Source of the DNA: an uncultured Verrucomicrobiae bacterium
GTDB taxonomy: Bacteria > Chlamydiota > Chlamydiia > Chlamydiales > JAFEGQ01
Reading direction: 5' to 3'
Assembly (NCBI GenBank): GCA_963739345.1
Contig: CAVUAA010000002.1
Location: 266,713 to 330,712, forward strand
Length of the DNA stretch: 64,000 nt
Below the pieces are notes generated by a model. It worked only from the letters and a program-made list of their open reading frames with translations, made no database searches and was not told the origin of the DNA. The translations under genes and the position numbers were made by a program. This document shows positions 36,537 to 44,700 of this stretch, piece after piece (the stretch's first letter is position 1; each line of letters begins with the position of its first letter).

Positions 36537-36947
36537 CTAGCTTTGGAGCCAGTGCTTGCGTCGGCGTCGACGTCCCTTTTTAGGTTCGTCTTCTTTTCCC
36601 TCCCCATCAATCTGCTCAGGCACACCGGCCATCGCATCTTCAGCCTCTCTACGGAACTCAGAAAGCTGACCTCGAATTTGCTCGAGCATCTGCCACTCTT
36701 CCTTAGAGAAATTGTCGGGGTTGGTCGCATACTGCTCCAACTCTTCCTTCGACATCCCGGTTGTCTTGTACACCTCTTCCATCTGACTATTGAGCTGCTC
36801 GAGAGACTCCTCGAGTCTCTCGACTACCTGGTCAATGTCGAGCCCTTCTAGCGATGGGTCGACCGGCTGCGCCTGTTGCAGCAGCTCGAGTACCTCTTCA
36901 AACGCGTTGGTCATGTCCCCTTCTGGGACCTGCTTTTCTTCAGCCAT
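36537..36947 (-). CDS. Hypothetical acidic, helical protein with basic C-terminal tail
   Basis: 136 aa, E/Q/L-rich (EEVLELLQQAQ, LEESLEQLNSQMEEV), ending KKGRRRRRKHWLQS. It sits between nqrA and greA, where Chlamydia also has a small hypothetical gene (from memory). Confidence 0.55.
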   Translation of the reverse strand: MAEEKQVPEGDMTNAFEEVLELLQQAQPVDPSLEGLDIDQVVERLEESLEQLNSQMEEVYKTTGMSKEELEQYATNPDNFSKEEWQMLEQIRGQLSEFRREAEDAMAGVPEQIDGEGKEDEPKKGRRRRRKHWLQS

Positions 36948-37106
36948 TATTTTCCCCCACTAATGCTTGAAACACTATTCATCCCTTACTTCTACAATAT
37001 CAAATTCTGAATTATGAGGTGGTTTCGTTGAACGTGAACAACTTGTGACCGTTTGAGCTTTAATGGTCTCAATGGTACTCTGGTTGGTACGCTTGGAGGG
37101 CTGTAA

Positions 37107-39281
37107 ATGAGTTACTTATCCGACATTCAGCAGAAAATTGAGAAGGACGACTATCACGGCTTTCTCCTCCTTTGGGAAGAGTATTTTCAGGGCGATCCTG
37201 TTGATGGAAAGGAGCTTAGCGAGATTCTCGAGTTCATTTACCATTCGAGGTTCAGCAGTCGTTTCGCCCCCTATGCAGAGACCGCCCTCCCCCTTTGGGA
37301 GAAGGTGACAGACCCCGAAGAGAAGCATGCCGTCCTCCGCGCCATTGTTGACCTTCAAATATCCAATACTCCTGAAATGTCTGAGGTGGTCTTTCAAACC
37401 CTTCAACGAAGGTATGGCGATCAGTCGAGCTTCAATGACAAAATTCGCCTCGTCGGCCTCCGCAATGGGGACTCCTTTCGTGGGGCAATCCGCAACTATG
37501 AGTTGCTCAGTCACTTAGAAGCCAAACAGTTTGTCTTTCACACAGGCGGATGGGGGACGGGTGAGGTGATGAGCGTCTCGCTTGTTCGCGAAGAAGTTGT
37601 GCTCGAGTTTGAGGGGGTTGCCGGGAAAAAAGCGCTCGCTTTTGAAAACGCCCTATCCACCCTCGTCGCCATCAAATCCGACCACTTTTTGGCTCAACGA
37701 TTTGGCGATCCCGACGCACTCGAAGCTTTGGCGCGGAAGAATCCAGTTAAGGTGATTCACCTGCTTCTTAGCGACTTAGGACCGAAGACCGCCGCCGAGA
37801 TCAAAGAAGAGATGCAAGAGCTGGTCATCCCAGCCGACGACTGGACCCGCTGGTGGCAGTCAGCCCGTGGCAAGATCAAGAAAGACACCCACCTAGAGAC
37901 CCCCGCCACGATTCGCGAGCCGTTCCGTTTGCGCAAAAAAGAGGTGAGCCACGCCGATCGGATCACGGAAGTGCTACAACACAAGCACGAGGTGGACGAC
38001 GTCCTCGTCACCACCTATAACTTCCTCCGCGACTTCCCCGAAGTGCTTAAAGGAGAAGAGACCCGTGATTTTGTAGCAGGAAGACTCTCCGAGCTTTGGG
38101 CCCATGATGACCTCACCGACGCCCAGCGGCTCCAGGTGGCAGCTCTTAGCGAAGAATTCCTCAACGAACCGTTTGATCGCCCCCTCTCAAAGTTAGTTCA
38201 AGAGATTGATGAGATTGGAACCGCGATCGACCAGATGACCATCGCCGCCTTTAAGAAGACGGCTTTGGTGGCGTTGCGAGAGAGCCGAAAAGATTGGGAA
38301 CCGCTATTTCTTGAGATCCTTTTCCTATTGCCGCAGAGCGCTTTGCGTGAGTACATGGTTAGAGAGTTAAGTGCGCACGACGGCTCGCGCACCGCACTTC
38401 TTGAGCGGCTCGACGAGCTCCTTGAGGTGCCTATCCGCGCCGCCCACCTCTATGTGTGGGCATTTCAGCGGGTAGTTGGAAAGGGGGGCGAAGTGCCCAT
38501 TCGGAATGAAGTGGAGATCTACCGCTGGTTCGAAGGATTTCTCGTCCTCTTCCACCAGCTTGAACACGTTCCCGAGTACCGCGACCTTATCAAGCGGATG
38601 AACGGCTTCCTCACCGCCAAGCGGTACGAGCTCGTTCGGAAAGTTCTGGAGGGGAGCCCCGTTGCGTTTGCCCGCGAGTTTCTCCTTCTCATCTCAAAGT
38701 GTCACACCCTCGATTCTCACGATCAGCAGATCCTCCGCTCCCTCGTCGACGTAGCGCACCCGCAGCTCGTTCAGGTAAAGGCCAAAGAGGACGAAGAGGA
38801 GCAGGTGATCTGGACCACAGAAACTGGCTACGAGAAAGTGCGCCAGCGGATCGAGCAGATTGGCACCGTTGAGATGATCGAAAATGCCCGCGAGATTGAG
38901 GCAGCCCGTGAGCTTGGCGACCTTCGCGAGAACGCCGAATTTAAGGCCGCCCAAGAAAAGCGTCGCTGGCTGCAGAAAGAGATGCGCATGCTCTCCGACC
39001 AGCTCAACGCCGCTCGCGTCATGCGTCGTGAGGACGTCGTTTCCACCATCGCTGGCAAGGGGTGTATCGTCGACCTCACTGACAATACCGGCGAGAACCA
39101 TCGCTACACCCTCCTTGGCCCTTGGGATGCCGACCCCGAGAGCAACATCCTTTCCTATCAATCCCGCCTCGCACAAGCCATGCAGGGCCATCGCAAAGGG
39201 GATCGATTCGAGTATCAGAATAAGAGCTACACCGTCAATTCGATCGAAAACTACTTCGATCTGCAGGGAGCCGCCTCTTGA
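37107..39281 (+). CDS. greA: Transcription elongation factor GreA, long chlamydial form with ~560-aa N-terminal extension
   Basis: 724 aa. The last ~160 aa are GreA-like: IEAARELGDLRENAEFKAAQEKRRWLQKEMRMLSDQL, GCIVDLTD..YTLLGPWDADPESNILSYQSRLAQAMQGHRKGDRFEY. Confidence 0.85.
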   Translation: MSYLSDIQQKIEKDDYHGFLLLWEEYFQGDPVDGKELSEILEFIYHSRFSSRFAPYAETALPLWEKVTDPEEKHAVLRAIVDLQISNTPEMSEVVFQTLQRRYGDQSSFNDKIRLVGLRNGDSFRGAIRNYELLSHLEAKQFVFHTGGWGTGEVMSVSLVREEVVLEFEGVAGKKALAFENALSTLVAIKSDHFLAQRFGDPDALEALARKNPVKVIHLLLSDLGPKTAAEIKEEMQELVIPADDWTRWWQSARGKIKKDTHLETPATIREPFRLRKKEVSHADRITEVLQHKHEVDDVLVTTYNFLRDFPEVLKGEETRDFVAGRLSELWAHDDLTDAQRLQVAALSEEFLNEPFDRPLSKLVQEIDEIGTAIDQMTIAAFKKTALVALRESRKDWEPLFLEILFLLPQSALREYMVRELSAHDGSRTALLERLDELLEVPIRAAHLYVWAFQRVVGKGGEVPIRNEVEIYRWFEGFLVLFHQLEHVPEYRDLIKRMNGFLTAKRYELVRKVLEGSPVAFAREFLLLISKCHTLDSHDQQILRSLVDVAHPQLVQVKAKEDEEEQVIWTTETGYEKVRQRIEQIGTVEMIENAREIEAARELGDLRENAEFKAAQEKRRWLQKEMRMLSDQLNAARVMRREDVVSTIAGKGCIVDLTDNTGENHRYTLLGPWDADPESNILSYQSRLAQAMQGHRKGDRFEYQNKSYTVNSIENYFDLQGAAS

Positions 39282-39901
39282 CCACCCCCCCGACCACTCT
39301 GGTAATTGCCACCTCTAATATGGGCAAATACCGCGAGCTTCGCGACATGCTCCGCGCCACCCTTGGCGACTTCGAGTACCTCTCCCTTCAAAACTTCCCT
39401 AATTATAAGGCGCCTCCCGAAGATGGCGACACTTTTGAGGCCAACGCCACCCTCAAAGCGACCGACGCCGCCCGCCAACTCAACCAGCTCGTCCTGGCCG
39501 ACGACTCTGGTCTCGTCGTTCCCACCCTCAACGGAGAGCCTGGCATCTACTCCGCCCGCTACGCCGGCCCCACCGCCACCGACGCCGACAACCGCAAACA
39601 CCTTCTCCTCCGCATGCAGGGATTCACCGACGTCCAGCGGCAAGCCTACTTCGCCTGTGGTCTTGCCGTCGCCGATCCCAGCGGCCTCCTCCTCTATGAA
39701 GAGGGACATGTCGAAGGTGAGATCATCCCCGAGATGCGCGGCTCTGGCGGCTTTGGCTACGACCCCCTCTTTCTCAAGCACGGCTACTCCCACACCTTCG
39801 CCGAGCTCAATGAAGCCACTAAGAATCGCGTCTCTCACCGTCGTAAAGCCATTGACCGCATCACCCCCCGTCTCACCAATATCCTTACATGCACTACCTA
39901 A
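39278..39901 (+). CDS. rdgB: dITP/XTP pyrophosphatase (RdgB/HAM1 family)
   Basis: 207 aa. LVIATSNMGKYRELRDML, DGDTFEANATLKA, ADDSGLVVPTLNGEPGIYSARYAG, GSGGFGYDPLF, SHRRKA. The TTG start overlaps the greA stop (TTGA). Confidence 0.85.
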   Translation: MTTPPTTLVIATSNMGKYRELRDMLRATLGDFEYLSLQNFPNYKAPPEDGDTFEANATLKATDAARQLNQLVLADDSGLVVPTLNGEPGIYSARYAGPTATDADNRKHLLLRMQGFTDVQRQAYFACGLAVADPSGLLLYEEGHVEGEIIPEMRGSGGFGYDPLFLKHGYSHTFAELNEATKNRVSHRRKAIDRITPRLTNILTCTT

Positions 39902-40058
39902 TTCATGTTACCTTCTAGCCCGCCATCACAGCCGAGGCTGTTTTCTCCGTCCTGCGAGTGGCGCGAGGAGTCCGATAGTCAAAGCCCTATTGGCGACGAG
40001 TGCCGCAAAGCAGGGCGAGAAAAGGGACCGGCTATCGTGATGTCGGATGGGAGGTAAT

Positions 40059-40394
40059 ATGAATTATATAGACGGCTATAACGTCTGCTTCACCTGCGAC
40101 CTAGAAGGTGATTCCCTAGAAGAGGAGCGCAACGCCCTCCTCTCGCTCATTGGCAACCGCTCCGTCATCGTCGTCTTTGACGCCCCCGAGTACAGCCGTA
40201 TCCACCGCGGCAAGGTCGAAATTGTCTATGCTGACAACACCGCTGATACCTACATCCTCTCCGAACTCGAGCGCCTCACTCCTCAACGCCACACCCTCGT
40301 CACCGCCGACCGTGGCCTCGCTAACGCCGCCCGCGCCCTTGGCGCCAAAATCATTCCCCCTGATGATTACCTAGCTAAGTTGCGTAAAAGATAG
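40059..40394 (+). CDS. YacP/Rae1-like NYN-domain protein (putative RNase)
   Basis: GGAGG then ATG 40059 (track ORF starts at 40047). MNYIDGYNVCF.., VIVVFDAPE, VEIVYADNTADTYI, LVTADRGLANAARALGAKII. Confidence 0.6.
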   Translation: MNYIDGYNVCFTCDLEGDSLEEERNALLSLIGNRSVIVVFDAPEYSRIHRGKVEIVYADNTADTYILSELERLTPQRHTLVTADRGLANAARALGAKIIPPDDYLAKLRKR

Positions 40395-40435
40395 AGCAAA
40401 GTCTAGACTGAGAATAGTCACCGCAATTCGGAGGA

Positions 40436-40768
40436 ATGATGTTTAACTGGCTAGTCACTATTTTCATGCTTGTGTCCCTGGTTATTCTCTTTGCCGCCTG
40501 GACGCGTGCGATCAAAGCCAAGGACCTGGTCAAGTCGGCCGCAGCCCAGCCGCAGTGGGTCACCCTCCGCGCCCTCGTCTTCATCGCCCTCTGTGCAGAA
40601 GTGGTCCTCCTCATCCTTGCCCTCATCGGCGCCAAAATCGCTTTCGCCTGGGTCGGCGCCATCTTCCTCATTTTCCTCAGCGCAGTCCTCTTCTTCGCCG
40701 TCTCCTTCTTCCTCACCGAGCTAGAAGATCGCCAGGAAAAACCCCCTTCCGACACCCCACCGCAATGA
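40436..40768 (+). CDS. Small polytopic membrane protein, unknown function
   Basis: 110 aa, GGAGG upstream. About four hydrophobic helices (WLVTIFMLVSLVILFAAW; LRALVFIALCAEVVLLILALIGAKIAFAWVGAIFLIFLSAVLFFAVSFFL). Confidence 0.55.
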   Translation: MMFNWLVTIFMLVSLVILFAAWTRAIKAKDLVKSAAAQPQWVTLRALVFIALCAEVVLLILALIGAKIAFAWVGAIFLIFLSAVLFFAVSFFLTELEDRQEKPPSDTPPQ

Positions 40769-40794
40769 CCCAAAAGCACTAGGGAAGTCCACCC

Positions 40795-41403
40795 ATGTAT
40801 CTCGAACCCCTTACCCCTAAGGGGAACGCTTTTTTCTCAGACTTCAAACTGAACGGCGCCCGTTGGGCTATCTATCTTGGCCTCGAAGCCACCGTCTACC
40901 TCTACCTCAATACCAAGAGCGGAGAGGCCCTCCTCAAGAATCTCTCCGCCCGCTACATCCCCTATCCTCGCCCCCTCCTCCTATTCGCCAGCGCCCTCTC
41001 CCTCCTCACCCTCGAGACCACCCTCCTCCGTGCTGCCCTCTCCCTCGTCGAACAGCCGGGGAAAGCCCCCTCTCCTCCATCACAAGAAAAGCCCAAGCCA
41101 GTTTTGCGGAGCATCCCAAAAAACAACAATTCTGCAAAAGAGAGTGAAGCACTCGTTGATATCTACTGCGCCCTCTTCAGTGAGAAGCCCAACGAAAAAG
41201 CAACAGACTACAAGCTCGTCGAGGCGATCCTCGTCGGAATCACCGCTCATCGCGACCAGCTAGTGGAAATTTTCACTGCGGTCAATCAAGAGGGTGGCGG
41301 AGTTCTCCCAAAAACCCAAAACACCATTATCGGTCAACGTATACTCGCTGCGATAGAAGCGCTTAAAAACAAACCTTTCGTTGGTGGGAACGAAGAAGTC
41401 TAA
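40795..41403 (+). CDS. Hypothetical protein with two N-proximal hydrophobic segments
   Basis: 202 aa. RWAIYLGLEATVYLYL and PLLLFASALSLLTLETTLLRAALSL, then a soluble C-terminal half. No obvious RBS. Confidence 0.45.
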   Translation: MYLEPLTPKGNAFFSDFKLNGARWAIYLGLEATVYLYLNTKSGEALLKNLSARYIPYPRPLLLFASALSLLTLETTLLRAALSLVEQPGKAPSPPSQEKPKPVLRSIPKNNNSAKESEALVDIYCALFSEKPNEKATDYKLVEAILVGITAHRDQLVEIFTAVNQEGGGVLPKTQNTIIGQRILAAIEALKNKPFVGGNEEV

Positions 41404-41615
41404 AAAACAATTTCAAACCCGTCTAACTTCTCCACCTCGACCCGCTCCACCCCATCCCGCACTCTCAACACCGAAATCAGCGCCTCCACCTGATCCTTAG
41501 ACCCCTCAGCATAGACCTCCACCGCCCCATCTCGCAGGTTTCTTACCGTCCCTCTCACGCCCTGCACCACCCCTGAAAAAATTACTCGTACCAACATATT
41601 CAACATTATCCCCAT
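41400..41615 (-). CDS. Acylphosphatase-like protein, internally shortened
   Basis: 71 aa. VRVIFSGVVQGV--RGTVRNLRDGAVEVYAEGSKDQVEALISVL matches acylphosphatase blocks (G.VQGV..., V.N..DG.VE..AEG). About 15 residues, including the GFR part of the phosphate loop and helix 1, are missing relative to ~90-aa family members. Confidence 0.5.
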   Translation of the reverse strand: MGIMLNMLVRVIFSGVVQGVRGTVRNLRDGAVEVYAEGSKDQVEALISVLRVRDGVERVEVEKLDGFEIVF

Positions 41616-41616
41616 C

Positions 41617-41645
41617 TTTACATTTTCGCTACAATGGGTTACAAT
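41617..41645 (+). promoter_or_regulatory. Candidate sigma70-type promoter for the USP-domain gene
   Basis: TTTACA 41617-41622, 17-nt spacer, TACAAT 41640-41645, in an AT-rich gap about 80 nt upstream of ATG 41723 (AGGAGA RBS). Confidence 0.4.
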
Positions 41646-41722
41646 ATCGCTGTATTTATTTCTGCAATGGTAGTTGTCGAAGAGTAGTTGTGGCTGGATA
41701 GGTAATAGACAGGAGAAAAACG

Positions 41723-44700
41723 ATGGAAGAGATTGACCTCAACAGTCCACGATTTGGGTCTTCACAAGACACGTCCACCTCCGATTATCAGGAGCAAGGC
41801 GGGGAACTGACAGAGTTGTTTCAGCGGCAGATACCACAGGGGCAGTCGGCCGACTCTTCTGATGCGAAGGATAAGTCACACGCCTCCAAAATGTCGGCGT
41901 CACACATTCCCCAACCGGAAATTTTGAACGCCTTGCGCAGTCTACGCCCCATCCTGGCCCGCCGGTTGACGAATCTCGTGCTGGGCCTGCTGGGTGCCAA
42001 TGCAGCGGATATGCCCCCACCTGACTTATCGGAGAAGCTACTACCGGCCAAGGCTCGGCTGATGTCAAAAGCGTTGGAAGGGTTGATCGATCCGGCACTT
42101 GGCCGTATCGAAACATGGCTTGGGGCGCGTCTTGTAGACTTCAATGACTTGTCTCCGATGACCACCGTAGACCAGCTGATGACCAAGGTCAGGGAAGCTA
42201 TTCATCTCCGCTTGCGCTACGACCATCGATCTGAGAAAGACGAAGGCCTAACCTTTAAGGCCTGGATAGTCACACAGTCCGATGCACCACGTGCCCTCGT
42301 CGACCTAGATGGCTTGCTGTATGAGGCCCTCCATACTCAGGCAGAAAAAGTGATCAACCACATCAGTAAGATTGGGCCAGAGGATCTACTCATTCGCCTG
42401 CGCCATGCCATCTTTGAAATGGCGTGGATGATTGCAAATGAGGAAGACAAGGCAGCAATGCACAACGCGCTAGAGGCACTCATTGATGAGTACGTTCCGG
42501 AGACCCTCGACCCATTGGCTGATTGGATAGAGCGCTACATCGAGTCTGATTTTGATAAAAATCAGTTCTACGAGTTTTTGTTTGATAAAGACAAAGGCGA
42601 TCAATTCGCTGAAGGTTTTCAATACTTTATTAAATTTGCGATTATTCATTTGACAGATCGGATGAGGACAGCGGGTAAAAATATAAACCCGCGAGCACTG
42701 GCAAAGAATGCTATACCAATCATCATCGGTACACTTGAGAAATGTACCACTCGCTATCGATTTGAGCAGAAATTAACTGAGCGTCTTCTGAAGTGGATTA
42801 GCGAGGATGTGCTATCCGATAATTTAGAGACGATTATAAATATTATCGTGCCTGCTAACCCCACTGAACATCTAGCTCTGCTTTTGAGGCTGGTTGGAGG
42901 CAAGCCGGAATATCCTTCGACTTATAAAATATCATGGGAGGAGGAGAGGTCGTTGCGTGCAAATCTGCGAAGCTGGAGTAGGCGAGCTGTTGATGAAGCT
43001 TGCTATAACCATATCCCCGTGCTGTCACAGCTTTTAAAAGTCCTACATTTTCCATGGAAGATTCTTCCAAATTCTAGCGTAGGCGGGCTCATTCCATTGC
43101 TTTCGTTTGCTCCAATGTTTTTATTCACTGGACCGGCGCTAACTGTATATGCGGGTATCCTTGGCTACGGCTTAGCTGCTCAACTTATGACCGGCATCGG
43201 ACTGGTGGTAGCAAAGGGAACTGCTGAAAACTTCGTGCCAGCGCTAATTAAGTCCCTGGAAGCTATAAAGCTAAAAGACATACTGCGTTCACAACTCAAT
43301 CCGGACTCCTTGAAAGACGCGTGGAATCCGAAGGACTTGAAAGAGGGTGACCAAAAGCATAAGGCGGATGATCGTCAACAGATTTGGCTCCAACACACCC
43401 TCGCTCAAGTGCGAGAAAATTTAGATACTGAACTTTGCAAGGTAAAAAAAATCGCCTCGGAGCAAAGTTGGCTGGCTCGGAAGGTGAACAGTGTTTTTGG
43501 CCGCTTCATGACTCACCGACTGATTCCAGAGCTGCGGCCGGAGTCGGAAGAGGAAAAGAAGTTAGGAAAATTGGTAGGGTCTTGGTTTCACTACGTCGAG
43601 CTACTCGGTGACCCGGCTAGTTGCGGCAAACACGTTCAGCTATTTCATCGCGATGTGAATCTAGCGCTTAAAGGAAGGGTCGAGGAACAACTCGAGAAAG
43701 CAAACGAAACAGCACGCAACTGGCTAAGGGATGATTTGCCAGGAGCGATTTATAAACTGACAAGTGAGGCGAGAGCCACCATTGCTTCGGGTACCCTGCA
43801 TCGGCAAATTCGGTCCAAGGCTACACCTATTCTTCTGAAAATTGCGGACAAGAAACCCAAGAAAATGGGGTGCCTGACGATCGAAGAGAGTGAGCAATCC
43901 GACTTCGTAGCCTTAAGTCAGATGTCAGGGCGTGTCCTTGGGGATTTGATTGAGCTTGCTCATACAGAAGGGCTCATCAAAGAGCTGGACTCCGATGACA
44001 GTGAGGGAGAAGAGTCGATTCCATCCCGTGAGGAGATTAGGACGGAGATCACCAACAAACTCTATTTTCGGCCGATGTCAAGGGTACCGATACTTGGAAA
44101 AATCTCTAAGGTCAAAGACTTGGGAAGCATTGACATCTGGGAGAAACTGCACGAAGAAAAGACTGGGGAGAAATTGGCAGAGGGCCTCCTTAAAGAATTT
44201 ATGAAATTACGGTCCGATGAGGAAATTGCGCGACACCTAACGGAGGCCGGGAATAGCTTGCAAAAGAGCTCGGTCAAAGAAAGGGCATGCTGGCTAAAAG
44301 CAGAGTGTAGTCGAGTAATAAAGAAGCTTCCTCTGAAGGAGCGAGGATCTGTTCGAGTGGCGCGAGAAGTTGCGCGGCTTCAGTGTCTGCTAGATCAGAT
44401 CGAGAATAGCGACGGTGGTAATAGGCTTAGGCTGTCCAGCGAGGTAAGGGAGATGATAGTGGTTCTCAGCAAGCTGCAGGAACGTATTTGTCTCTTGCCA
44501 AGCTCGGATGCCCAGCTGGAGTTAGTGAATGATGTCGCGACGATAGGCTCAGGACTTCAGGAATTGCTTCCTCGTTTACCGAAGACAGAGGCTGAAAAAG
44601 AGCATGAATTTCAGGAAGCTCTGCATAGGCTTATGTGGGCGAAGGTCAAGATAGCAATACGGAACGGCGTCGAGTCGGACGTTAAGCCGTATGGTAACGA

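Noticed and set aside
39251-40040. ORFs 39251..39838 (-) 195 aa and 39306..40040 (+) 244 aa overlapping rdgB.
   Set aside because: The rdgB frame carries all HAM1-family motifs. The alternatives are G/A/V- or P/S/T-rich shadow frames.
39950-40046. Possible structured RNA or riboswitch-like leader upstream of the NYN-domain gene: nested pairings CGATAG/CTATCG, GCCCT/AGGGC, GGC/GCC.
   Set aside because: The stems are short, and I could not match any known riboswitch or ncRNA consensus. An Rfam scan and covariation analysis would be needed. Left unreported as a feature.
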